DNA from: Octopus sinensis
Taxonomy: Eukaryota
DNA: 18,565 nt
Assembly: GCF_006345805.1 (NCBI RefSeq)
Contig: NW_021824487.1
Span: forward strand, 1 to 18,565
Direction of reading: 5' to 3'
The position numbers were made by a program, and so were the translations under genes. Numbering within the stretch: the stretch's first letter is position 1; each line of letters opens with the position of its first letter. Below the pieces are notes generated by a model. The model was not told where the DNA came from. It searched no databases and was given only the letters and a program-made list of their open reading frames with translations. Shown here piece by piece: positions 1 to 9,499 of this stretch.

Positions 1-1845
1 ACCATAAAAAAGACTCTTTGGCAAATGCTCGTCTTTCATTCTAATAACCTTTCAGTCCATCCCATTTGAGCTAAGATAACATGTTGTGCAACTGAGCTGC
101 AACTTGCCATGCGCAGAACCTATGTATCTAGTATGAAACATTCCCACTTGACTCCTAAGATACGTCTCAGGCACTTTTTATGAAACCTCTCCAGCATTTT
201 TATATTACGCTTGTAAGTGGTCCATGTCTCACTTGAATAAAGAAATGCAGACAATACACACGATATACAGACACTGATTTTTGTCTTCAGGGAAATACCT
301 CTATCCACCCATACTCACTTTCCGAGCTTTCGAAATGCAAAAATTCCCTTCCCTATTTGATAGTATATCTCTGCATCAAGACTACCATTTCTTGGCAGTG
401 TGCTTCCTAGGTAAACAAAGGTGTCAATGACTTGTAACCTCGTTCCATTCACAAAAATGTTTGGTTCAGAATATTTTTGTCCTGGCACGGTAGTAAACAT
501 TACTTTGGTTTTCCACAGACTAATTGTGAGTTCGAAATGTACACACGTAGCGGAAAATCTGCCCATTAAATGTTGCATATTCCCCTATGAGTGTGCCAAC
601 AAATCAGCATCATCAGCATAAAGTAATTCTCTAACAAGTATTTTGAAAGTCTTTACTTTGCTATTGAACCGAGTCAAATCAAAAATAAAATACGTCCAGA
701 TGTCCGAAATCTGAAATCTGAAACCTGATTCCAATTCCTCTGTTGCAATCCTTGAAAGCGTTCCAAAACAATGCAGCAAAAGGAATAGAGAAAAGTGTAG
801 GGACAAGAATATCTTCCTGTTTAACACCGTTGTCCACCGAAAATTCATGAGATATCTCACCATTAAAGACTACCTGAGCTTTCATGTTTCTGTGTAGTTC
901 CTTAAGAATGCTCACAAATGTGTAGGGCAACCAAGTTTACATAAAATATCCACAGTGCCTCCCTATTTACCATGTCAAATGCATTAGTTAAATCTATGAA
1001 GACCTGGTATAGTGGCATTTGTTCCTCTAAACATATCTCTTGAGCCTGTGTCACAGAAAATATCATGTCCACTGTTTTTCACTCAGGTTTGAAACCACAC
1101 TGTTCTTCAGGAATCACATATGGACACACATTCTCGACAGGACGATCTAACATGATCCTTAAAAGTATCTTCCCGGTATGTGCCAGGAGAGTTATCCCTC
1201 TACATACTGCTTTTGAGCCCTTACCCATTCATACAGAGATTAGAATGTCATTTATCCATCCTTGTGGCACAAAATATTCATTTCAAACTCGACTTATCAG
1301 GTTATGAATTTCAGATTAAATATGATCCCCCACTACTTTCAGAATTTCAACTGGAATATCATCCAATCCAGGTGCTTTACCAGATCTCAGTTTACATAAT
1401 GCCAGATTTACTTCTTCAACCAAAAGTGTATCGTTCATGTATTGCACTATCTCTCTTTGTTGCATGTTGTTTATGATATCCATGTTCACTATAGACGGAC
1501 TGTGAAAAAGATCTGCAAAGTGTTCTCTCCACCTATTCATTATTCCAGGAGGACTTTTAATAGTCTCATTTCCATCTTTCGACTTCAAGCGAACATATGA
1601 TGATGAATTTTGCGGTCCAAAAGCTTGCCGCAATAAACTATAGAAACTTTTAATGTCTTTCCTGTCATAGGCTGCCAGTACTTACCCTGACAAATTTCTC
1701 CACCAAGTGTCTTTAAGCCTCTTGAGTTCTTTTTGCAAGTCTGCTTTGAGACTTGTACAACTTTTTTTATTGCACTTTGTTCTTAACGTTTGGGTCAAGA
1801 AGCTTTTCATGAGTGGGCCTCTATGTTCCCAAAAGCTCATTTATC
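1..1845 (-). mobile_element. Decayed, 5'-truncated RTE-clade (BovB-like) non-LTR retrotransposon: reverse transcriptase and C-terminal region, continuing past the window start
   Basis: Minus-strand ORF pieces in RTE order, broken by frameshifts and stops: RWREHFADLF...EEVNLALCKLRSGKAPGLDDIPVEIL (1316-1633), PEEQCGFK (~1090-1113), FIDLTNAFDMVNR (~960-1000), NGVKQEDILVPTLFSI (679-930), ELLYADD (YADD = 609-620), FVYLGS (315-578), LYSSETWT...LERFHKKCLRRIL (120-308). 5' boundary approximate. Confidence 0.93.
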
Positions 1846-2019
1846 AGTGATAAATGTGCTTAAGAACACACAAAAACCGTTAGTTACACTTCAACATTTA
1901 AATTTAATTTGTGTCAAAATATTTTCGTCTCTTTGAACATATATGTATATATACAAACTTCGACAGAGTAACAGTTATATATACAACTTGAACAGACACA
2001 CATATCAGTACATAAACAT

Positions 2020-2262
2020 ACGTTTACATGTACATACACATATACACACACGCAGACGCGTCTACACACTTACATACGTAAATACTCACATACATACATA
2101 CATACATACATACATACATACATACATACATACATACATACATACATACATACATGCATGCATTCATACGTACATATATACATACATGCGTATATGTGTA
2201 TATATATATGCATATTCATGTACACGTATGTATACGCACATGCATACATGCACACATACATG
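2020..2262. repeat. Compound (TACA)n/(CA)n/(TA)n microsatellite
   Basis: Pure (TACA)n at ~2088-2155 with degenerate alternating purine-pyrimidine flanks. Confidence 0.95.
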
Positions 2263-2298
2263 CATACGTATTTGACCAAGCTTGGTCAAATATGTATG
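2263..2298. repeat. 36-bp near-perfect palindrome
   Basis: CATACGTATTTGACCAAG|CTTGGTCAAATATGTATG. 2269-2292 is a perfect 24-bp palindrome centred on AAGCTT; the only mismatch is G2268/T2293. Confidence 0.92.
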
Positions 2299-2589
2299 TT
2301 AATTATCAGTGCTCTTAAATTTAAAATCTTGAATTACTGTACTGAAGAGGAGAATGGGAGAGTAGAAATATGATTTTATATTTTTCACATCTCTCTAACT
2401 CCGAAACGCGTTTACAGTTAATCAAAACCGGGTGGATTCGATATTTTTTTCTTTACCTGCGTGAGTTGTTGAATATTGCTGTCTGGGAGATTTTCTTGTG
2501 ATTTACCTTGCATTTACTTCGCATTGTTTTGGCCTTACTCACGATCTTTTATACAATATGTTCTACACAATGCTTCACATAATTATTCC
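2299..2589 (+). mobile_element. Short non-coding HHR-bearing cassette, probable Penelope-like pseudo-LTR or non-autonomous element
   Basis: Contains a minimal hammerhead (2336-2418) and is bounded by microsatellites on both sides. The PLE assignment is inferred from the known association of minimal HHRs with Penelope-like elements; boundaries approximate. Confidence 0.55.
2336..2418 (+). ncRNA. Minimal type I hammerhead ribozyme (HHR-1) with long helix II
   Basis: Helix I ACTGTA (2336-2341)/TACAGT (2413-2418). Core CTGAAGA (2342-2348). Helix II GGAG (2349-2352)/CTCC (2399-2402), extended by GGAGAG/CTCTCT and AAATATG/TATATTT. GAAA (2403-2406), palindromic tetraloop CGCG (2407-2410), U16.1-H17 = TT (2411-2412). 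Predicted cleavage after 2412. Confidence 0.85.
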
Positions 2590-2624
<35 letters not shown>

Positions 2625-2646
2625 ATATAATGTGTGTGTGTGTGTG

Positions 2647-2950
2647 TCTCCTTTTTCGGGATCAGTGACTGTTTGTCGCTGGAAAAAGCTTATAGTATTT
2701 TGCGAGTGGACTGAGTTTTCATCACTAGCGTAATTAACACACGCTGAGGACGGGTTACCAACCAGAAACTCGAGTCCGTGTGCGTCACGTAAGGCTAGAA
2801 ATGGGAGCGATGACCCCACCCCCTCGTAAATACTAATCAGATACAGAATGTGTGTCGTAGCCAGCTGGAAGAAATGTCATCCTGGGGCTATAAAAGTCAG
2901 TACCACTTTCCTTTATAGGACGCCACACTTGGTTAGCAATTATATCTTAC
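2647..2950 (+). mobile_element. Second short HHR-bearing cassette, probable Penelope-like pseudo-LTR of a different family
   Basis: Lies between (TA)n(TG)n at 2590-2646 and (TA)n at 2952 and contains HHR-2. No visible similarity to 2299-2589 outside the catalytic core. Confidence 0.5.
2738..2782 (+). ncRNA. Minimal type I hammerhead ribozyme (HHR-2), possibly partly decayed
   Basis: Helix I CACACG (2738-2743)/CGTGTG (2777-2782). Core CTGAGGA (2744-2750), extra C2751. Helix II G-GGTT-acc-AACC-A with a G/A mismatch at the closing pair. GAAA (2765-2768), palindrome CTCGAG (2769-2774), GTC cleavage triplet (2774-2776). Confidence 0.75.
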
Positions 2951-2951
2951 G

Positions 2952-2991
2952 ATATATATATATATATGTGTGTGTGTGGTGTGTGTGTGTG

Positions 2992-3024
<33 letters not shown>

Positions 3025-3078
3025 CGTGTGTGTGTATATGTGTCTGTGCATGCGTGTGTATATGTATATATGTATGTG

Positions 3079-3122
<44 letters not shown>

Positions 3123-3135
3123 TATATATATATAA
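2952..3135. repeat. Compound (TA)n/(TG)n microsatellite
   Basis: Directly visible dinucleotide runs. Confidence 0.95.
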
Positions 3136-3312
3136 TACGTGACGTTGAAAGAGATAGAAGGCTAAACAATGCAAAATAGACTGTAAGATGAGTAATGAAA
3201 ATTAAAAGTAAATTACCTGGAAATCTTTGTTTTGATTTTTGTTTTTATAATGTTGCTACTGTTGGTTTTATTTGTGCCCAATATTTCGGGACTTAAGAGT
3301 CTTGTTGACTCC

Positions 3313-3684
3313 AACAACCTCACATCCGGCCTTGACGGTGTCGAAGCCTACATGGATGATGTCATCACCTACTATCTGAAGCAAAACTAACTGTGAACCT
3401 TGTGGAGGCACATGGCCTAGTGGTTAGAGCAGCGGACTCGCGGTCGAGGGATCGCGGGTTCCAATCTCAGACTGGGCGATGTGTATGTTTATGAGCGAAG
3501 CATCTTGCAGCTCACTTGCGACGGGCCGGCGTCCTGTCCAGGTGGGGAAACTATACGCCAAGGAAACCGGGAAACCGGCCCTTATGAGTCAGGCATGGCT
3601 CGAGAAGGAACAAACAAAACTGTGAACCTTGCCAAGTGTGAATTTGGAAAGGTACAAGTTATATTTTTTGGGCATGCTGTTGGC
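3313..3684 (+). mobile_element. Gypsy/Ty3 LTR-retrotransposon RT fragment, internally deleted and interrupted by a SINE
   Basis: NNLTSGLDGVEAYMDDVITY (YMDD 3349-3360), a deletion/frameshift, then LSEAKLTVNL [SINE] AKCEFGKVQVIFFGHAVG (to 3684). Matches the Gypsy YxDD...LTVNLxKCEF...VxYLGH motifs. Confidence 0.85.
3403..3617 (+). mobile_element. tRNA-derived SINE with 14-bp target-site duplication
   Basis: Pol III A box TGGCCTAGTGG (3413-3423), B box GGTTCCAATC (3457-3466), 3' tail GAAGGAACAAACAA. Exact TSD AACTGTGAACCTTG at 3389-3402 and 3618-3631. Confidence 0.92.
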
Positions 3685-4102
3685 CTCAGTCAAAAAAGAA
3701 ATGATTTACAAAACACTATATTAGTAATTGACGTCATTTACGTGGAAAGCAGAATAACCAACAAAAAGGCTTGAAAAAAATTTTAATCAAAATCAAAAAG
3801 TCTTATCCAACGAAAGATCCTTATACCCTGTGTGCATGGTACATTTATATACAAGATTTGTACTCATACAGAGATTCATCAAAGGGCATTTTGATTTATC
3901 TCTGCATGAGCATTTATCGTATTTATTTGTATATAAAGCAGTCCTGACTCCATTAACCGGCGTTCCACCCTCTTGTACTATCTTATATTCCTCCCCACCA
4001 CCACAAACTCAATACCACTATAAAATGGTCAAAACTCCTCACACAGGAACTTAGTTTGATTTGAAAACCCCACTAGAATGAGAGAAAGCGCTAAAACATG
4101 AT

Positions 4103-4109
4103 CTATATA

Positions 4110-4163
<54 letters not shown>
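4103..4163. repeat. (TA)n microsatellite
   Basis: Directly visible. Confidence 0.95.
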
Positions 4164-4166
<3 letters not shown>

Positions 4167-4394
4167 CTTTATTTGATTAATCTAGTAGGCGTGTCAAAGT
4201 CTGAAATATTAACCTTTGAAAATTATATGCAACTCATAAATAACTATATTTCGCCATAATTTCTGGTCCCTTTTAGTATTTAATTTACACACTCTAATAT
4301 TATACTATAAAAGGCATGCCAATTTCCATATCTCCATGTCTCTCCCTCACAATAACTCTTAGAGGGAGCGAAAAAGTGAAGGCGAAAAAGTTGT

Positions 4395-4551
4395 TGTTGA
4401 AAAAGATATACAGAGCCAGAGAGAGAGAGAGAAAGCATGTATGTGAAAAACAGATAGATAGTAAGTATTGTAACCATTGTAACTAACAAGTCTTGGAAGA
4501 TATTTAGTTATTTTTTGTTTGCGTGTGTGTATTTTTGTGTGTATGCATATA

Positions 4552-4583
<32 letters not shown>

Positions 4584-4716
4584 CGCGCGCGCGTGTTTCT
4601 GTCTTTCAACATTATAGAAAACGCAATACAGACTCTAAAAAAACTTTCACTTTGAATAAAAGAAGGGGAGAAATGTTGCTGAAAGAGAAATACAGTAAGA
4701 GAGCCAGAAAGAGTGA

Positions 4717-4753
<37 letters not shown>

Positions 4754-4987
4754 TGTGTGAGAGAGAGAGAGAGAGAGTGTGTGAGAAAGAGAGAGAGTGT
4801 GTGTGTGAGAAAGAGAGAGAGGGAGTGAAAGATATATAGATAAGCATTGATTTCACCATATTAACTAACAAGTTTTTATTAAAAACGCGGATATTTTAAG
4901 TGCACGCCCCATCATAATGGAACACAAACTTCAAAACATGACTTGACTATATGTATATATATGATACATATAGTTATTTTTTATTTC

Positions 4988-5024
<37 letters not shown>

Positions 5025-5048
5025 TTATGTATGTCTTTCAACATATAG
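4395..5048. repeat. Two tandem diverged units, each with inverted ends and internal microsatellites
   Basis: Units ~4395-4611 and ~4674-5043 share the order TG(T/C)TGAAA(A)AGA..ATACAG - GAGCCAGA - (GA)n - AACTAACAAG - TAGTTATTTTTT - microsatellite - TGTCTTTCAACA. The end motif is the reverse complement of the start motif. Confidence 0.6.
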
Positions 5049-5639
5049 ACACAGATTTCATGATATAATATAATATATTATATATATTATATAATATATA
5101 AAATATAATCTTCTTATTTTCTTATCTTACATAATCTGATTTATTATAATAGGGATGCTGATCTCCGTCTGCCTGTCCGTGGCATCTTATTTCAGGAGAA
5201 ACATTCGAAGGTAGATGGGAGGGATAAGGGGAGGAATAATGGCCATATTATTGCTACGCACGGACCAACCAGGAGAAAGGTCTGCCACATAATTTTGCAA
5301 TTTTGGGGTGGGGAAAAAAGGACTTTGATAAAGAATGTTGTTTATCATGAAGTTATAGTATGAAATATTCTTCAATGAATATACTTATTCTGTAAATATG
5401 AAGAAAAGCATTTACCTCCAAGGAATTTATGATCATTTGGCGTAGTAGTGGGTATTGAAGTAGTGTTTGTCTAATTTTGTATTTATGAAAATAGGCCATC
5501 AAATTCTTTTATATAGAAATGAAGTTTGAAGTTTTTAAAAAAATGTTTTCAGTTCGTTCATTTGTCAGTTATCAGTTTGCAAAAGATCTTAAATGCAAAT
5601 TTATATTTTTACTATTTAAATACCACTTGTAAAGAACGA

Positions 5640-6430
5640 ATCCTTGAAAACACAGGCACAATTCCAGAAATGTTCTATTCATTTACAAAGAAAGCCTAGG
5701 GCCTCTGACTGATGAAGACATTATTTTCCACAAGTTGAGGAGATTCTACAAAGCAACGATGCTGCTCTGTTTTAATGAAGTAAACCATCAACATATACTC
5801 CCTGACAAGTTCTTGTTAGTTTCTTGAACGAATATAGAAAATAATTTGCATCCCCTCGAGTTAAATTCTTGAAGAACTTGCTGGAAACATTTTCTGTCCC
5901 AGCCTACCATCTCAGTTTTCAAAAAGCGAGGTCATTCCCTTTCAGTGAACTACCGTCCGATCCTTTTTTTTATATTAAAGTAATCGAAAGGATGGGGAGA
6001 TCAAAAATGAGTTTCTTCTTAGAGATATCATGTAGTTCCCAACCATCATGGTTTTCCAGTCTAACAATACTGATGCCATCAATTTTCTCTTTTCTATTAT
6101 ACGTAGATCATCATGAAAATGGTACAAAAGCTGAGTTAGACAGAAATTGCATAATACCATTTAAATGCTTTGTGAGAGGGCTCCAACACATTTATCATAT
6201 TTTGACTTTAGTAAAGCTTTTTACAGAGTTAATCACAGTATACTGTGTGATGTTATCGAAAATGTTGTTACTCTCTCTGGCTCCTATGTGTAAAACATTC
6301 TGAGAAGCAACCTAGAGAACGATTACAAAAGCATAAATGGCATAATAGGCCTTGGTTATTACGATCGCCATAAAAAGCTCAAACTTTATTCTCTCTAATG
6401 GTGTCAGCACTACATCATTTGTACTATTCT
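5640..6430 (+). mobile_element. Decayed CR1-clade LINE ORF2 fragment with internal deletion
   Basis: FKKRGHSLSVNYRPI (5918-5962), NHHGF (6041-6055), YFDFSKAFYRVNHSIL (6198-6245), then directly CCYSLW (6263-6280) and GLGYYDRHKKLKLYSL (6348-6395). The last two resemble the CR1 C-terminal LEYCxxxWSP and LxYxxRLxxLxLxSL motifs. Boundaries approximate. Confidence 0.85.
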
Positions 6431-6584
6431 GACTACATTGTTCAAATGACGCTCATATGCATATATGTATTTGTGCGCGCGCATGTGTGTGTATCTGTGT
6501 GTGCACGCGCGTGTGTGTGTTGCCAAGTTTCCTGAAAGAAAGGAAAACACTGTTAAGCATACAATAAATGATTGGTTATAGCAC

Positions 6585-6729
6585 GTGAAGGGACCTGGTG
6601 GTCTATGGTGTTAGGCTTACGCTCGATTCTTAGACCAGGTGACGCACAGTGTCCCTGCGCTATGCATATCATTTCCCGTTGCTCCAATCTACTCAACTAA
6701 AAATGAATACCAGCTGAATGCATGTGCAG

Positions 6730-6775
<46 letters not shown>

Positions 6776-6935
6776 TCTTTCTCTCTCTCTCTCACTCTCA
6801 CTTTCCCAATATTCCGGCGTGTCAATGGAGGGATGGTTGAGAATGTATCAATGTTTGCTCCCGACTACCCAGACATTGCAAATTTAACCGGTAACAGTCG
6901 CTTGCGAGAAACTGGTAAGTTTAGCTTATAGGAAA
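6585..6935 (+). mobile_element. Old SINE copy with internal (CT)n microsatellite (~6732-6800)
   Basis: Degenerate tRNA-like head, CORE-like TTTCCCGTTGCTCCAATCTACTCAACT...AATGAATACC segment, and 3' CCGGCGT...GAAACTGG pieces resembling the 3403-3617 SINE. Confidence 0.5.
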
Positions 6936-6985
6936 CATGGTATTCGCATGTGTTCAAGTTCTTGAACATACCAGCAAGTGTGATT

Positions 6986-7240
6986 GTTGTTGTTGTTTAG
7001 TCCCTGATTGAAAAGTATTGCAGCTGTGACCATCTCGACTTTTTTAAGGCTTAGTGTTTCCTGAACTACTTTATCTAACGAGTCCCTCTTCAGGTTTGAT
7101 TTTTGTTGTTCAGTCCAAGGTCATCTTTAATCGACCTTTCAATTCGTGGCGAACTCGTCATTCAATGTATCAGCTAAATGTATCTTCATTGCACCGGTCA
7201 ATCATGATTTGAAAAAGATTGTGCTATTATTTACGGCCTT
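6986..7240 (-). repeat. Two adjacent degenerate copies of a dispersed (CAA)n-tailed repeat
   Basis: GTTGTTGTTTAG start. CAGCTGTGACCAT (7021-7033) is identical to 9978-9990. A second copy starts at TTGTTGTTCAG (~7103). Confidence 0.6.
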
Positions 7241-7516
7241 TATTTCGCTAGGGCTCTCCAATTATGATGGTTGATTATATGCGATTTGTAGTTAGGCATT
7301 TGCAGCTAAAAGCTTTTTGTTATTAGTTAAACATTAAAGAAGCAAGAGTTTGGCTATTTAACTTATTTGATCACAGATTTCCTCTGATTTTTAAGTACAA
7401 TTTAGACTTATAATCCGACGATATGATACTTTTTTAAAAAATTAAATACTTCTTTGTTTTGTTTTTTAAATCATTTTATTGATAATCTTCGTGATATCAT
7501 CTGCTCTATTTCTCAG

Positions 7517-7851
7517 ATAAAATTCGATATATTATGTGGGTCGGACGAGATTTGCGATACCCACTTCAATCTGAATCTCTCGAGCCCTTCTACAAATTTG
7601 CTTTTAAGCGGAGAAAGAAAATACATTTACATTGATGCCAAAGTTGAAAACGTTAATGAACATGCATACAACGCAAAAGCTCATATACATTTCCCATCCT
7701 GGCTTGAGTACGTGACAGTAAAGAAATATAACGGTATCAATAACGTAACGTGTTCCATTGAGAGTAACCAACACAAACTAACATGTTTCCTCGGATATCC
7801 AATGAGAGAGAAGAGCACCATCTCGTTCCTGCTCACATTCATAGCCAATTG
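7517..7851 (+). CDS. Integrin alpha subunit, internal exon A (genu and calf-1)
   Basis: Acceptor tttctcag|, donor |gtaagt, phase 0/2. IKFDILCGSDEICDTHFNL...VENVNEHAYNAKAHIHFPSWLEY...VTC...LTCFLGYPM...ISFLLTF fits the integrin alpha CGxDxxC, NxGExAY and CxLGNPM motifs. Confidence 0.93.
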
Positions 7852-7976
7852 GTAAGTAGGGAAAAGACGCTTGTAACTTTCTTATATAAATCAAAGCATT
7901 TTAAATAGATACGAAGTAGTTGTCGATTTGCTATTGATAAATATTTATTCAAATCAAAACAATGTGCTGAACTGTA

Positions 7977-8013
7977 CTCTCTCTCTCTCTCTTGCTGTCT
8001 GTCTGTCTGTCTG

Positions 8014-8103
<90 letters not shown>

Positions 8104-8135
8104 TATATATATATATATATTATATATATATATAT
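7977..8135. repeat. (CT)n/(CTGT)n/(TA)n compound microsatellite
   Basis: Directly visible. Confidence 0.95.
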
Positions 8136-8970
8136 GAGGACTGAAGTATTGGAGGTTGAGCTATGTTCAGTCTGAATTAATTTAAAGGCGATCGCATGCA
8201 AGCGACACACATTTTTAAAGAGGTCAGCTATGATTACTCACACCTGGACTCAATCTAGGCTGATACGACCGAATAAAGAAAGCGCCTCCCATTCTTAATC
8301 TAATATCACACACTAAGGCAATATGTGAAATATACAGATAAGAACTGGGGATCAAATCTCTGGATCTGGTTGGACAGAATGTTTTCAGCACAAAAAGTTA
8401 CAATATGTTAATTTAAAACTGTAACTATTATCCATATAATTTAATATTTATAAAAGCCATAAGTTATGAGGTAATCAGTTCTGATGAACTGGAATTTAAA
8501 TCATAACCGAATTAATTTTGCCTCCCAAAGTCTATATCATAAATACTAATAACATACAATGTCAAATAAATGAGCGACTCTAACAAAAAGGATCGCATAA
8601 AACAAGCTTTTAGTTGTGATGGTAGTGAGCCAGGACTCTTAAACTAAATAAATGTTTAGCATATGACTAGCTCCTGGTTTTGTGATCAATTCTTATTAGA
8701 GGAGTTTTGCCAAGATTGCTATTAATTTGCTCTCGTTACAAAGCCAATGCTTTATATTAACCATTTCTTTAGACGGAGATAAACAGAATTAACTTTTTTG
8801 TGCTAAGGCATTGTTCATCTCTTCTGATAAGATAGAGAGTAGCCATACGAGAGCCGACTAGAGTTTATTTCTACAAGATCTGTATATCTATTTAAATCTT
8901 GAATTACTATTAAAGTTGATATTTACACCTAAACGTCAAAATTTTTATTCTTGTTTTGTATAATTTGCAG

Positions 8971-9102
8971 GATGCCAATACCAAAAGATCTTGAGGTGAA
9001 TATGTTAGTCACAACCGACAGTGTTGTTCCAAAGGAATATTTAAATAAAACAGTCGCTCTCACAATTCCTGTGAAGAAGAAATCCGTGGTGAAGCTTTTT
9101 GG
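8971..9102 (+). CDS. Integrin alpha subunit, exon B (end of calf-1, start of calf-2)
   Basis: Acceptor aatttgcag|, donor GG|gtacat, phase 2/2 completing TGG and GGA codons. Encodes (W)MPIPKDLEVNMLVTTDSVVPKEYLNKTVALTIPVKKKSVVKLF(G). Confidence 0.85.
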
Positions 9103-9499
9103 GTACATTATTTTTATAATTACCGATTCATTCTGGGGTTATTCAGTAAGTCTTCAAACTATAATGGCGCTATCCCCTTCGGTAGTTACTTGATAACTTT
9201 CTCTAAACTTCCCAATAGAAGACATCAAAAGAGCCATTTCTTTAAATTCCCTATTCATTCTGTCATGTCGATTCGTATTAATTATGAGATATTGTATCTT
9301 GACCAAGGAAATCAATATCTATCCCAAACAAGAAACAGTTAAAACGTATGCATTACCGATTTCTAGTTTAATAGATTCAAAGGCCCAGTATTTTAAAGTG
9401 GGGACGGGAAATGATGTACTTACCATTCCTAAAGGTAGTATTTGCATAATAATATTTAATGGTTTCAATCGGTTATTGAAACTTCACTGACGTGTAGAC

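Noticed and set aside
1943-3174. ORFs rich in YIHT, CVCV or IYIY
   Set aside because: Translations of microsatellites. The same applies to ORFs at 4523-4871, 6639-6931, 7928-8137, 12817-13038 and 17007-17375.
3403-3480. Possible tRNA gene
   Set aside because: It is the head of a TSD-flanked SINE, with no complete acceptor stem or oligo-T terminator.
5153-5290. Possible integrin thigh exon DADLRLPVRGILFQEK...
   Set aside because: Weak acceptor, no convincing phase-compatible donor, and no RDxLxPI or PIL motif. It looks more like a repeat terminus, though not fully excluded without RNA-seq.
6805-6920. Open frame ending at a strong gtaagt donor (~6915)
   Set aside because: The donor is phase 1, incompatible with the phase-0 exon at 7517. 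There is no acceptor, and it lies in a SINE 3' region.
8475-8515. CTGATGA hammerhead core match
   Set aside because: No GAAA and no helix I partner. The same applies to CTGANGA hits at ~5709, ~10893 and ~11023.
9284-9490. 68-aa ORF with AAAG|gtagta donor-like site
   Set aside because: Exons B and C already join to give the canonical GxSxP motif, and the ORF has no recognisable similarity.
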